Shown here: positions 38,306 to 46,409 of the stretch, piece after piece
How positions within the stretch are numbered: position 1 is the stretch's first letter
Layout: each line of letters begins with the position of its first letter
Assembly (NCBI GenBank): GCA_043756885.1
Contig: JAYUQF010000027.1
Span: forward strand, 1-48,110
Length of the DNA: 48,110 nucleotides
Origin: Pseudomonadota bacterium
GTDB lineage: Bacteria > Pseudomonadota > Gammaproteobacteria > Ga0077536
Direction: 5' to 3'
Notes under the pieces: generated by a model
Seen by the model: only the letters and a program-made list of their open reading frames with translations
The model's database searches: none
Told to the model about the DNA's origin: nothing
Made by a program: the position numbers and the translations under genes

Positions 38306-39733
38306 ATGGCAGTAAAACACGACATGCAGGGCATGCACGCCGATGTGCCAGTCATGGCGAGTAGCGTGTTGGTGGTTGACGACGAAGTGTTGTTTGCCAA
38401 GGCAGTCAGTCGGCACTTGGAGAAGGCCGGGTACCGCTGTGTCCATGTCAGCACGCTGGTTTCGGCAGATGCGCACTTGGCGCAGGGTGAACCGGATCTG
38501 ATATTGCTCGACATGCGCCTGCCCGACGGTTCGGGGCTCGACTATTTGCAGAGCCTGCGCGCGCGCAGCGCTGTGCCGGTCATCGTGATGACCGCCTACG
38601 GTGAGATCGAAGATGCCGTTGCGGCAATGAAGTTTGCCGCGTCCGATTATCTGAAAAAACCCATTGACCTCGAAGAGTTGCGCCTGAATATCGAGAAGGT
38701 GCTGGCGCACGCCGCACTCGGTCGGCAGTTGGAGTATTCCCGCACACGCGAGAACCTGACGTCTGAGTGTGTGCAACTGCTGGGTAGCTCTGCGGCGATT
38801 ACGCACGTGCGCCAGCAATTGTCCCGCATTGCGGGGCTCGTTGGCGCCGCCGGCGCGCAGCCGCCGACGGTTTTGATCACCGGTGAGACTGGCACCGGTA
38901 AAGATGTCGCGGCACGCCTGCTGCACCAGCAATCTGAGCGTAGTGCACGACCGTTTGTGCACGTCGACTGTGCGGCTTTGCCCAAAGACCTGATCGAAGC
39001 CGAGTTGTTCGGCCATGTCAAAGGTGCTTTCACCCATGCGCTCAGCGAACGCATTGGTCTTATCGAGGCGGCCGAGGATGGTGTGGTATTTCTCGATGAA
39101 ATCGGTGAACTGCCGCTTGAACTCCAGGCGAAGTTGTTAGCCGTGCTCGAGCGGCGCACTTTGCGCCGTATCGGCAGCAGTCAGGAACACCGCACCCGCG
39201 CGTGGTTTATCGCGGCCACCAATCGACCGGTAGATGACATGGTGGCTCGTGGTGCATTGCGTGCAGATCTGTATTTCCGCCTGAAAGTGCTCACGCTTGA
39301 GCTACCACCACTGCGTGAGCGGGTGGGTGATATTGATTTACTCGCCGCACACTTTCTGGCTGAAATCGCGCGCCGTTACGGCGTCGCCAGCACGCGATTC
39401 GCGCCACTCGCGCTGCAAGGTCTGCGCGCTTATGAGTGGCCGGGGAACGTGCGTGAATTGAGCCATGTCATCGAACGTGCCGTATTACTCTGCGGCGGCG
39501 GGGTAATCGACGAGATGGCCCTGGCGCTGACCGATTCTGGCGCGCAATTGCCAGCAGCACCGAGCCTCGGTCTTGAGGACATGACGTTGGAAGAACTTGA
39601 AAAAACCATGCTGGCCCGGGCGTTGAAAGGCAGTGCTGGCAATGTGTCGGAAGCAGCCCGACGGCTCGGCATCACACGCATGGCGATGCGTTATCGCATG
39701 GATAAATACGGTTTGCGTGGTGATGAGGGCTGA
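38306..39733 (+). CDS. Sigma-54-dependent response regulator (NtrC family)
   Basis: The receiver domain has VLVVDDE and LLDMRLPDGSG. The AAA+ domain has Walker A GETGTGKDVAA, the GAFT loop (VKGAFTHA), ELFGH, FLDEIGEL and WPGNVREL. The C-terminal Fis-type HTH is NVSEAARRLGITR. The start could instead be the ATG at 38354. Confidence 0.9.
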   Translation: MAVKHDMQGMHADVPVMASSVLVVDDEVLFAKAVSRHLEKAGYRCVHVSTLVSADAHLAQGEPDLILLDMRLPDGSGLDYLQSLRARSAVPVIVMTAYGEIEDAVAAMKFAASDYLKKPIDLEELRLNIEKVLAHAALGRQLEYSRTRENLTSECVQLLGSSAAITHVRQQLSRIAGLVGAAGAQPPTVLITGETGTGKDVAARLLHQQSERSARPFVHVDCAALPKDLIEAELFGHVKGAFTHALSERIGLIEAAEDGVVFLDEIGELPLELQAKLLAVLERRTLRRIGSSQEHRTRAWFIAATNRPVDDMVARGALRADLYFRLKVLTLELPPLRERVGDIDLLAAHFLAEIARRYGVASTRFAPLALQGLRAYEWPGNVRELSHVIERAVLLCGGGVIDEMALALTDSGAQLPAAPSLGLEDMTLEELEKTMLARALKGSAGNVSEAARRLGITRMAMRYRMDKYGLRGDEG

Positions 39734-39785
39734 GAACCGGCGAAGCGCGCTACGCGCGCGGGGTTAGCCGCCGTCGCTGCTTGTA

Positions 39786-41117
39786 CTAATGCAGTTTCAG
39801 ACGCGGGCGGCCGGCACGGGTCAGCAGATCTGCGGCCGTGGTGAGGGCGGTACGCAGCCAGCCCTGCACCGCAATCTGATGCATTTTGTACAGGGACAGA
39901 TAAGCCCAGCGTGCCAGCCAACCTTCCAGCGGCAGCGTGGTGGTATGACGTCTGAACAGATTGCCCATCAGATTCCCGATTGCGCTGTAGCGACTGAGAT
40001 TAATCAGCGAGCCGAAATCCTGGTAGATGTAATTTGGCAAGGGCAAACCGCGGCGCCGGCAGTCAATCGAACGTACCAATAGACTAGCCTGTTGATGGGC
40101 CGCTTGTGCGCGTGGTGGCACGAGATGGGTGGCATCACGTGGACAGGCCGCACAATCACCCAGCGCAAAGATGTCGTCGTCTAACGTTGTTTGCAAGGTC
40201 GTGCGTACCGTGAGTTGGTTGGCACGATTGACTGCCAGTCCATCGAGACTGCTGAGCACCGCCGGGCCGCGGATCCCGGCCGCCCAGACTTTGATGTCGG
40301 CAGCGATGAACTTGCCACTCGCAGTTTTCAGGCCGTCCGCCGTTGCGTGTGCGATAGGGTCGCCGGTGTGCACAATTACGCCAATACGTTCAAGGATTGT
40401 TTGGGTCGAGGCTGCGATCGTCACCGGCAGGCTTGGCAAAATGCGATCCGAGGCTTCCACCAGATGAATGCGTATATCTTTTGCGACATCGATATGATCG
40501 AGCCCGAAACCAACCAGTGTATGGAGCGAGTAATGGAGTTCGGCGGCGAGTTCCACACCCGTGGCCCCTGCGCCGGCGATGGCCACATGTAACTGGCCGG
40601 GGTGCACCGGTTCGTTTTGCGCATCGGCCGCGTAGCAGGCCCGCACCAGGTGTTGATGGAAGGCGTCCGCCTGCTCGCGTGAATCGAGGAACAAGCAGTG
40701 TTCGGCCACACCGGGGATGCCGAAGTCGTTAGTCACACTCCCGATGGCGAGCACCAGGAAGGTGTAGGGTAGATGTCGTTGTGGGATGTATTCATGTCCA
40801 TTGGCATCAAGCGAGGCGGCGATGGTGATGGTCTTTGCGGCGCGATCCAACGCCAGCAGAGCGCCAAGGCGAAATTCGAAATGATGCCCGTGCGCCTGGG
40901 CCAGGTAACTCAATTCATCGGTGTTGGAATTGAGCGTGCCAGCCGCCACTTCGTGTAGTAACGGTTTCCACAGATGGGAATAACTACGATCGACCAAGGT
41001 TATATTGACGCTTGAGTCCCTGGCGTAGCGGTGGCCAAGGCGGGTTGCGAGTCCGAGACCGCCGGCGCCGCCGCCGACGACTACAATGCGCGTTACTGGC
41101 GAATTATTCCTATTCAA
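39786..41117 (-). CDS. ndh: Type II NADH:quinone oxidoreductase (NDH-2)
   Basis: RIVVVGGGAGGLGLATRLG, a second dinucleotide fold (VAIAGAGATGVELAAEL) and GDCA are present. The TTG at 41117 lies 6 nt after GGGAG and gives 443 aa, E. coli Ndh-like in length. The listed ATG at 41207 would add 30 uncharacteristic residues. Confidence 0.88.
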   Translation of the reverse strand: MNRNNSPVTRIVVVGGGAGGLGLATRLGHRYARDSSVNITLVDRSYSHLWKPLLHEVAAGTLNSNTDELSYLAQAHGHHFEFRLGALLALDRAAKTITIAASLDANGHEYIPQRHLPYTFLVLAIGSVTNDFGIPGVAEHCLFLDSREQADAFHQHLVRACYAADAQNEPVHPGQLHVAIAGAGATGVELAAELHYSLHTLVGFGLDHIDVAKDIRIHLVEASDRILPSLPVTIAASTQTILERIGVIVHTGDPIAHATADGLKTASGKFIAADIKVWAAGIRGPAVLSSLDGLAVNRANQLTVRTTLQTTLDDDIFALGDCAACPRDATHLVPPRAQAAHQQASLLVRSIDCRRRGLPLPNYIYQDFGSLINLSRYSAIGNLMGNLFRRHTTTLPLEGWLARWAYLSLYKMHQIAVQGWLRTALTTAADLLTRAGRPRLKLH

Positions 41118-41222
41118 TGTTCGCTCCCGTCGTTTGACACCCTCGTTATAATGGCGCGCAGCAGGCCGCGCAAGACGCGTGCCGGACAACGTCAGGCAAT
41201 TGAGCACTACAGGTGAACAACG

Positions 41223-41525
41223 ATGGACTCACAAACAGAACTCGAGATTGAAGCGGCAGCCTTTCGCCGCTTGCGCGACTATCTGCGCGAGCATACCGAG
41301 GTGCAGAACATTGACCTCATGAATCTCGCTGGCTTTTGTCGCAATTGCCTGTCCAAGTGGTATCGCGCCGCAGCGGAAACCCGCGGTGTGGCCATGGACT
41401 ACGAACAGGCACGCGAACAGGTTTACGGCATGCCCTATGCCGAGTGGAAGGGTAAGTACCAGCAGGAGGCGTCCAGCGATCAGCAAGCAACCTACGCCAA
41501 ACGTGAGAAGCAAACCGATCACTAA
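41223..41525 (+). CDS. DUF1244 family protein
   Basis: AAAFRRL.DYLRE.TEVQNIDLMNLAGFCRNCLSKWY....E..G....YEQARE.VYGMPY.EWK..YQ matches the DUF1244 pattern as I recall it. The gene is divergent from ndh. Confidence 0.8.
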   Translation: MDSQTELEIEAAAFRRLRDYLREHTEVQNIDLMNLAGFCRNCLSKWYRAAAETRGVAMDYEQAREQVYGMPYAEWKGKYQQEASSDQQATYAKREKQTDH

Positions 41526-41592
41526 ACTGCACCGCGCCCTCGACCGGGGTGTGATGACGGGACGCAGTTCGAGCTAGCGGGCGGTTACGGTA

Positions 41593-42951
41593 GTGGACCT
41601 GCGTGTGCGCTTGACCCTGTTGCAGTCGCTGATCTTCGGCGCCAGCTGCGTGGCCTGTTTTACTTACCTGCTGGCGGATGTTCGTCAGGCCGTGCGCGAT
41701 GAATTGAACGCCTCCAGCGCGCTCGCGATCACCGCATTGCAAGCGCTGGTTGTTACGCCGGCCCTCGCTGCGAGCGATGCGCAAATGATGGCCTTGGTCA
41801 CAGACCTGGCGCACGATGCCGGCCTGCGGCATTTGCGCTTCGAGTTGGTGGCCGCGCAGGCGTACCCCACTGAGTTTGAGACAAAGCGCGAGCAAGAGCC
41901 GCGCGGGGCCCCAGCCTGGTTCGCGCGCTTGGTCAGTCCTGATCTTGCGGAATTTGAGCATGCCGTGCCCTATGGCGCGGGCCGCATCATGATTGTGGCC
42001 GCGCCCGAGGACGAAATCGCCGAGGCCTGGCGCGAGACCAGGATCACTTTAGTCGTGCTGCTGCTCATGTTTGTGGGTGCGAGCGCGCTGGTGTTTGTGT
42101 TTCTTGGCCGCGCGCTGCGGCCGTTGAGGGACATGGCTCGCGCGCTGACGGCTGTTGAGCGTGGTGAGTTTACAACCCGTGTTGCGCCCATCGGCTTAAG
42201 TGATATCGATGACATTACCTCACGTTTTAACCAGATGGCTACCGCGCTGGCCCAAAGCCACGAAGATAACATCGTGCTCGCTCAGCGTTCACTGGCGATC
42301 CAGGAGCGCGAACGACAGCATCTTGCCCACGAACTGCACGACGAGATGGGGCAGTCGATCACGGCCATCAAAGCTCTGGCGGTTTCAATCCGTGAACGCT
42401 TAGAGACGAGTGATGGGGCGCTTGCTGAGCGGGCTGAAACGATCACCGATGTCTGCAGCGATATCTATGCGCGTGTGCGACGCATGATGGCGCGTCTGCA
42501 CCCGGTAGTGCTGGACGAGCTGGGTTTGGTGGCGGCCATTGAGTTGATGGTCGATGACTGGAACGCCCACCACCAGGATTGCTTTTGCAGGTTTGTCGCC
42601 AATCGGGGAATTCCGCCGCTGCAAGCCGCAGCACGTATCAGCTTTTATCGCATCGCGCAGGAAGCACTGACCAACGTCGCCCGCCACGCCATGGCGAGCG
42701 AGGTGCAAATGGCGTTGAACCTGCTGCCGGCCGCAGACAATACTTTGGTGCTGGAGTTAGTGGTGGCCGACAACGGTCGTGGCTTTGATAAGGTAGGTCA
42801 AGCGCACGGCCTTGGTCTGCGCGGTATCCGGGAACGCATCGTTACAGTGGGCGGCCAACTGCAGCTGGAGAGCACGCCGGGTGGCGGCGCTCGTTTGCGC
42901 GCCAGTGCGGCCTTGGCGATGCTGATCGAAGTGGAGAGTGCTGGTGGCTAA
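41593..42951 (+). CDS. Sensor histidine kinase, NarX/ExaD-like (HAMP, HisKA_3, HATPase)
   Basis: The layout is TM, a domain of about 130 aa, a second TM, then HAMP (LRPLRDMARAL). The HisKA_3 H-box is RQHLAHELHDEMGQSITAIK. HATPase motifs are EALTNVARHA and DNGRGF...HGLGLRGIRER. The N-terminal sensor module resembles the LapD/MoxY-N type found in alcohol-oxidation regulators; that resemblance is tentative. Confidence 0.82.
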   Translation: MDLRVRLTLLQSLIFGASCVACFTYLLADVRQAVRDELNASSALAITALQALVVTPALAASDAQMMALVTDLAHDAGLRHLRFELVAAQAYPTEFETKREQEPRGAPAWFARLVSPDLAEFEHAVPYGAGRIMIVAAPEDEIAEAWRETRITLVVLLLMFVGASALVFVFLGRALRPLRDMARALTAVERGEFTTRVAPIGLSDIDDITSRFNQMATALAQSHEDNIVLAQRSLAIQERERQHLAHELHDEMGQSITAIKALAVSIRERLETSDGALAERAETITDVCSDIYARVRRMMARLHPVVLDELGLVAAIELMVDDWNAHHQDCFCRFVANRGIPPLQAAARISFYRIAQEALTNVARHAMASEVQMALNLLPAADNTLVLELVVADNGRGFDKVGQAHGLGLRGIRERIVTVGGQLQLESTPGGGARLRASAALAMLIEVESAGG

Positions 42952-42955
42952 TCCA

Positions 42956-43585
42956 ATGCGTATTTTGCTGGTGGATGATCATGCGGTGGTCCGCGCCGGC
43001 TTTAAAACGCTGCTCGAAAATCAGGGCGAGCTACGGGTTATCGCCGAGGCGGAAAGCGGTGAGGCTGCCTGCCGACTCTTTATCGAGCACGCGCCGGACA
43101 TTGTGATCATGGACTTGAGCATGCCTGGTGTAGGCGGTATTGAGGCGATTCGCCGCATCGTTTCGCGCGCGAGCGACGCGCGGGTCCTGGTGTTCAGCAT
43201 GCACGAAGACATCGCGTTCGTAGAGCAAGCGCTGCAGGCCGGCGCGCGCGGATATATCGGCAAGAGTAGCGCGCCAGTGGTGCTGGTGGAAGCGGTGCGC
43301 CAGATCGCAAACGGCAATATCTACATCGACCCCGACATCGCACAACGGCTCGCCTACCAGAAGGTCAAGGGCAACAACTCACCGTTTCAGATCCTGTCGA
43401 CGCGCGAGTTTGAGATTGTCTGTCTACTGGCCGAGGGCCTGAGCGTTAATGCCATCGCAAATAGATTGGCGTTGGGCTATAAAACCGTCGGCAACTACGC
43501 GACCCAAATCAAAAACAAGCTTGAGGTTGAAAACAACGCCGAACTGACGCGGCTGGCGATACGCCATGGATTAGTTAAGGTTTGA
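42956..43585 (+). CDS. LuxR/NarL-family response regulator
   Basis: The receiver domain has MRILLVDDHAVVR and DIVIMDLSMPG. The C-terminal LuxR HTH is LSTREFEIVCLLAEGLSVNAIANRLALGYKTVGNYATQIKNKL. The ATG at 42956 lies 5 nt after the kinase stop. Confidence 0.9.
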   Translation: MRILLVDDHAVVRAGFKTLLENQGELRVIAEAESGEAACRLFIEHAPDIVIMDLSMPGVGGIEAIRRIVSRASDARVLVFSMHEDIAFVEQALQAGARGYIGKSSAPVVLVEAVRQIANGNIYIDPDIAQRLAYQKVKGNNSPFQILSTREFEIVCLLAEGLSVNAIANRLALGYKTVGNYATQIKNKLEVENNAELTRLAIRHGLVKV

Positions 43586-43711
43586 GGGCCTGAGCAGAAA
43601 AGTACCGGCCACCTTCGCAGCCGACTGCCGGGTGTGCAGTCACAAACCTCCATTTGCCGCTACCCGTTGTGATGGCCCCGGCGGTGTTCGATGGTCTTGT
43701 CGCGTGCTGCT

Positions 43712-44656
43712 TCAATCGTCGATGGTTATACCCCAGGGCGCTTCGCCAACCGCAATCTTTGTTACGACGGAATGGTTTTTGGTGTCGATAACGGACACCT
43801 GGTTGTCAACACCATCTGTGGTGTAAAGGCGCTGGCCGTCGCGCGACAGCGCCAAGCCCCATACCCGCTTGCCGACCGCCACGCTGGTGATGATGTCGAG
43901 GCTGTTGGCATCGAGCACAAAAACCCGGTTGGCGCGACCTCCCGCAACATACAGCTGCTTGCCGTCGCGGCTGACAACGATGTCTTTGGGCTTGGCCTGA
44001 TCGTCACTCAAGGCCATTTTGCCGAGGATAGTGCCGCTGGCGACATCAACCTTTTTAACTTCACCGCCGATCTCCGACGTTGCGTAGGCCAGTTTGCCGT
44101 CGGCACTGAAAGTGACCGAGCGTGGCCGCGCGCCAACCAGGATGCTGTTGACGACGGTGTGTTCGGGAATAGCGATGATGTGCAGCATATTGGTCGATTC
44201 GCTGGTGACGATGGCGCGTGTGCCGTCGGGCGAAACAGCCACGCCCTCGGGCTCGATGCCCACCTCAATCTCTGCCACCAGCTTGCCAGTGTGGGGATCG
44301 TAAACCGACGCCTTGGCGTCGTTTTCGTTGGAAATGTAGATGTTGCCATTTTTGTGCATGGCAAAAGCCTCAGGGTCGTCGCCGCTGGGGAACTGACCGG
44401 TGACCTCGAGGCTTTTGGGATTAATAACAGCAATATGGTTGGCGCCGCTGATGGCCACATAAACGGCGCTGCCATCGGGCGCCAGGCCTACGCCACGCGG
44501 TCGTTTGCCGACGACGATAGTTTTGATCACCTGATTGGTCTTGCTATCGATGACGCTGACACTGTCGCCTTTTTCGTTGCTGACAAAAATGCGGCCAGTT
44601 GCCGCAGCACTGTTGAGGGCCAAGCTCAGAAGAACGAGCAAAATGGCTAGACGCAT
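43712..44656 (-). CDS. YVTN-type beta-propeller repeat protein with a signal peptide, of the kind associated with PQQ-dependent catabolism
   Basis: The ATG at 44656 follows GGAG, and the signal peptide is MRLAILLVLLSLALNSAAA. About seven repeats of the pattern ..V.VID......V..I.VG..P.G.A.SPDG..LYV are present. Confidence 0.8.
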   Translation of the reverse strand: MRLAILLVLLSLALNSAAATGRIFVSNEKGDSVSVIDSKTNQVIKTIVVGKRPRGVGLAPDGSAVYVAISGANHIAVINPKSLEVTGQFPSGDDPEAFAMHKNGNIYISNENDAKASVYDPHTGKLVAEIEVGIEPEGVAVSPDGTRAIVTSESTNMLHIIAIPEHTVVNSILVGARPRSVTFSADGKLAYATSEIGGEVKKVDVASGTILGKMALSDDQAKPKDIVVSRDGKQLYVAGGRANRVFVLDANSLDIITSVAVGKRVWGLALSRDGQRLYTTDGVDNQVSVIDTKNHSVVTKIAVGEAPWGITIDD

Positions 44657-44709
44657 GGGATTACTCCAAGGTTGGGTATGCGCAAGAGCAATGCCTGGCG
44701 CGGTTGTTA

Positions 44710-45540
44710 CTAACGACAAGCGCTCGCCCCTAGCGAGTCAAGATCGCCAGTGGCAGCCACGCCACGGACCGGTGCTTCGCCGACAATCTTGCCGTGCTCG
44801 ACCAGCAGCAGCGGCTGGCGCAATTGACCATTGTCGCGAAAACTCATGTCGACACCCTTTTGCCCGTCAAAGGCGAGATCGTTGCGCAGGGCCGTGAGCA
44901 GTTCGCCCGGCTCGCCGCTGCGTAAGCGCGCGACGGTATCGGACACCAGTTTCACCGCCGCCCAAGCCGCCCACGCCTGATCGGTCATCGGTTGGCCCGC
45001 ATGGTCGGCATAACGCTTGTTCAGCTGACTGCCCGCATAGAGCTCCGCGCTGGCGTGCCAGGCGTGGGCTTCGGCTTGGCTGTCGGGCTGTTTTTTGCGC
45101 CATTGTTGCACTGCATCGGCGCGCATGGCCTGGCTGGGGATTGTGTGCAGCAAGTTGGAAGAACAATGGCTGCGCAGGCTGTTGTCATCGGCGGTAACAT
45201 TCAATAGCGGTGTGCCCGTCGCCTGCGCGGCGAGCGCTGGTAACGAGGCTGCCTCGCCCGCGACGACGACGGCGGAAACCTGGGCAGCGCTGGCGCTTGT
45301 GATGTCTGCGGCGTCCACCAATTTGTAGGTGAGTCCGAGAAACTTGCCCTGGGCATTGGCTTCGCGAAGACCCTGGATTGCGCCGGCGTGCGCATCGCTG
45401 GTGGTGTCACCGATGAAGGCGATGCGCACACTCAAGCTTGGCCCCGCATAGGCCTGACTGGCGCACAAAGACAAAGCTGCGAGCAGACTAAACGCGGTGC
45501 TGCGAGGCCCTGAGCGGCGATTATGCCGTGGCGGGTTCAT
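44710..45540 (-). CDS. Periplasmic substrate-binding protein (type I PBP fold), resembling the binding protein of PQQ-alcohol-dehydrogenase systems
   Basis: The ATG at 45540 gives the signal peptide MNPPRHNRRSGPRSTAFSLLAALSLCASQAYA. The body has IAFIGD, LLN, AWH..AELYAGSQLNKRY....G.PMTDQAWAAWAAVK and LAFDGQKG..MSFR..GQLRQPLLL. No ABC permease or ATPase gene is adjacent. Confidence 0.65.
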   Translation of the reverse strand: MNPPRHNRRSGPRSTAFSLLAALSLCASQAYAGPSLSVRIAFIGDTTSDAHAGAIQGLREANAQGKFLGLTYKLVDAADITSASAAQVSAVVVAGEAASLPALAAQATGTPLLNVTADDNSLRSHCSSNLLHTIPSQAMRADAVQQWRKKQPDSQAEAHAWHASAELYAGSQLNKRYADHAGQPMTDQAWAAWAAVKLVSDTVARLRSGEPGELLTALRNDLAFDGQKGVDMSFRDNGQLRQPLLLVEHGKIVGEAPVRGVAATGDLDSLGASACR

Positions 45541-45920
45541 TGATCGGGGAGGGCAATAAATCATCGAACTAAAAGGACCTCGTGGCAGATCGCAGCGCAA
45601 AAAATGGCATGGGATATCAACTGGGAAACGCTTTCATATTTACATCTGGAGGCATGCTGGCCTTTTACAATGAATCTCGCTAGTCTGAGTCGCCCGCAGC
45701 GGCAGTACATTATTCAACATTCTATGTGATGAGTACTGCCAATACCTGAAGCCTTAGGCAACGGTGCACGGGGAAAATTCACGAGGGGGCGCATGCGGCA
45801 ACAAGCCGCTGCTCGGCGAATGCGCAAGGCAGGCGCAAGCGGATGCAAATTACGCGCGCAGTGCTCCTCATAGTTATTCAGAACGAAGTCCGCTGACGGA
45901 CGCGATCGAGGAGAATCCTG

Positions 45921-46388
45921 ATGCTCAAGGCGCTGCAACTCGAACCTGAAAAGTGCACCGGCTGTCTGCAGTGCGAGATGGCCTGTTCGTTTGAAAAGGA
46001 GGGCGTTTTTAATCCATCCAAATCACGCATCAAAGTTTTCAACTTCCACGACGAAGGTCGGTTCGCACCCTATACCTGTTCGCAATGTGCCGAAGCCTGG
46101 TGCCTGCACGCCTGCCCGGTTGAGGCCATCGTCATCAATGCCAAGACCGGCGCCAAAGACGTTCTGGAAGACGTCTGTGTGGGCTGCAAGGTCTGCACGA
46201 TCGCCTGTCCGTTTGGGACCGTGAATTACAACACCGACAGCGGCAAGGTCATCAAATGTGACCTGTGCGGTGGTGATCCGGCGTGTGCCACGGCCTGCCC
46301 GACCGGCGCGATTACTTATGTAGACGCAAATCACACCGGTCTCGAACGTATGCGGGCCCACGCCGCGCAATCGATTCCCAAAGCTTGA
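45921..46388 (+). CDS. 4Fe-4S dicluster ferredoxin-type electron-transfer subunit (AorA-like)
   Basis: Four Cys motifs are present: CTGCLQCEMAC, CSQCAEAWCLHACP, CVGCKVCTIACP and CDLCGGDPACATACP. The product is 155 aa. GAGGAG precedes the ATG. The gene sits immediately upstream of the AOR catalytic gene. Confidence 0.88.
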   Translation: MLKALQLEPEKCTGCLQCEMACSFEKEGVFNPSKSRIKVFNFHDEGRFAPYTCSQCAEAWCLHACPVEAIVINAKTGAKDVLEDVCVGCKVCTIACPFGTVNYNTDSGKVIKCDLCGGDPACATACPTGAITYVDANHTGLERMRAHAAQSIPKA

Positions 46389-46409
46389 TTCGACCAGGGG
46401 CATCTCACC

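Noticed and set aside
38285-39037. A 250-aa ORF antisense to the NtrC-family regulator.
   Set aside because: It is a shadow ORF, and the forward AAA+ frame is unmistakable.
43691-44650. A 319-aa plus-strand ORF over the beta-propeller gene.
   Set aside because: The minus-strand frame shows clean YVTN repeats, a signal peptide and an SD. The plus frame is Gly/Asp/Ala-rich with no structure.
45647-45662. A sigma-54-like GG-N10-GC match (TGGAGGCATGCTGGCC) upstream of the AOR operon.
   Set aside because: Only the invariant GG and GC and a few flanking bases match TGGCAC-N5-TTGC. It lies about 260 nt from the start codon. It is too weak to call without a PWM scan.
45601-45920. A possible Moco/Tuco riboswitch in the AOR leader.
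   Set aside because: Such riboswitches often precede Mo/W enzyme genes. I could not find the conserved core elements as I remember them (for example a CCUCCGAG-like segment) in this region. An Infernal scan with RF01055 would settle it.
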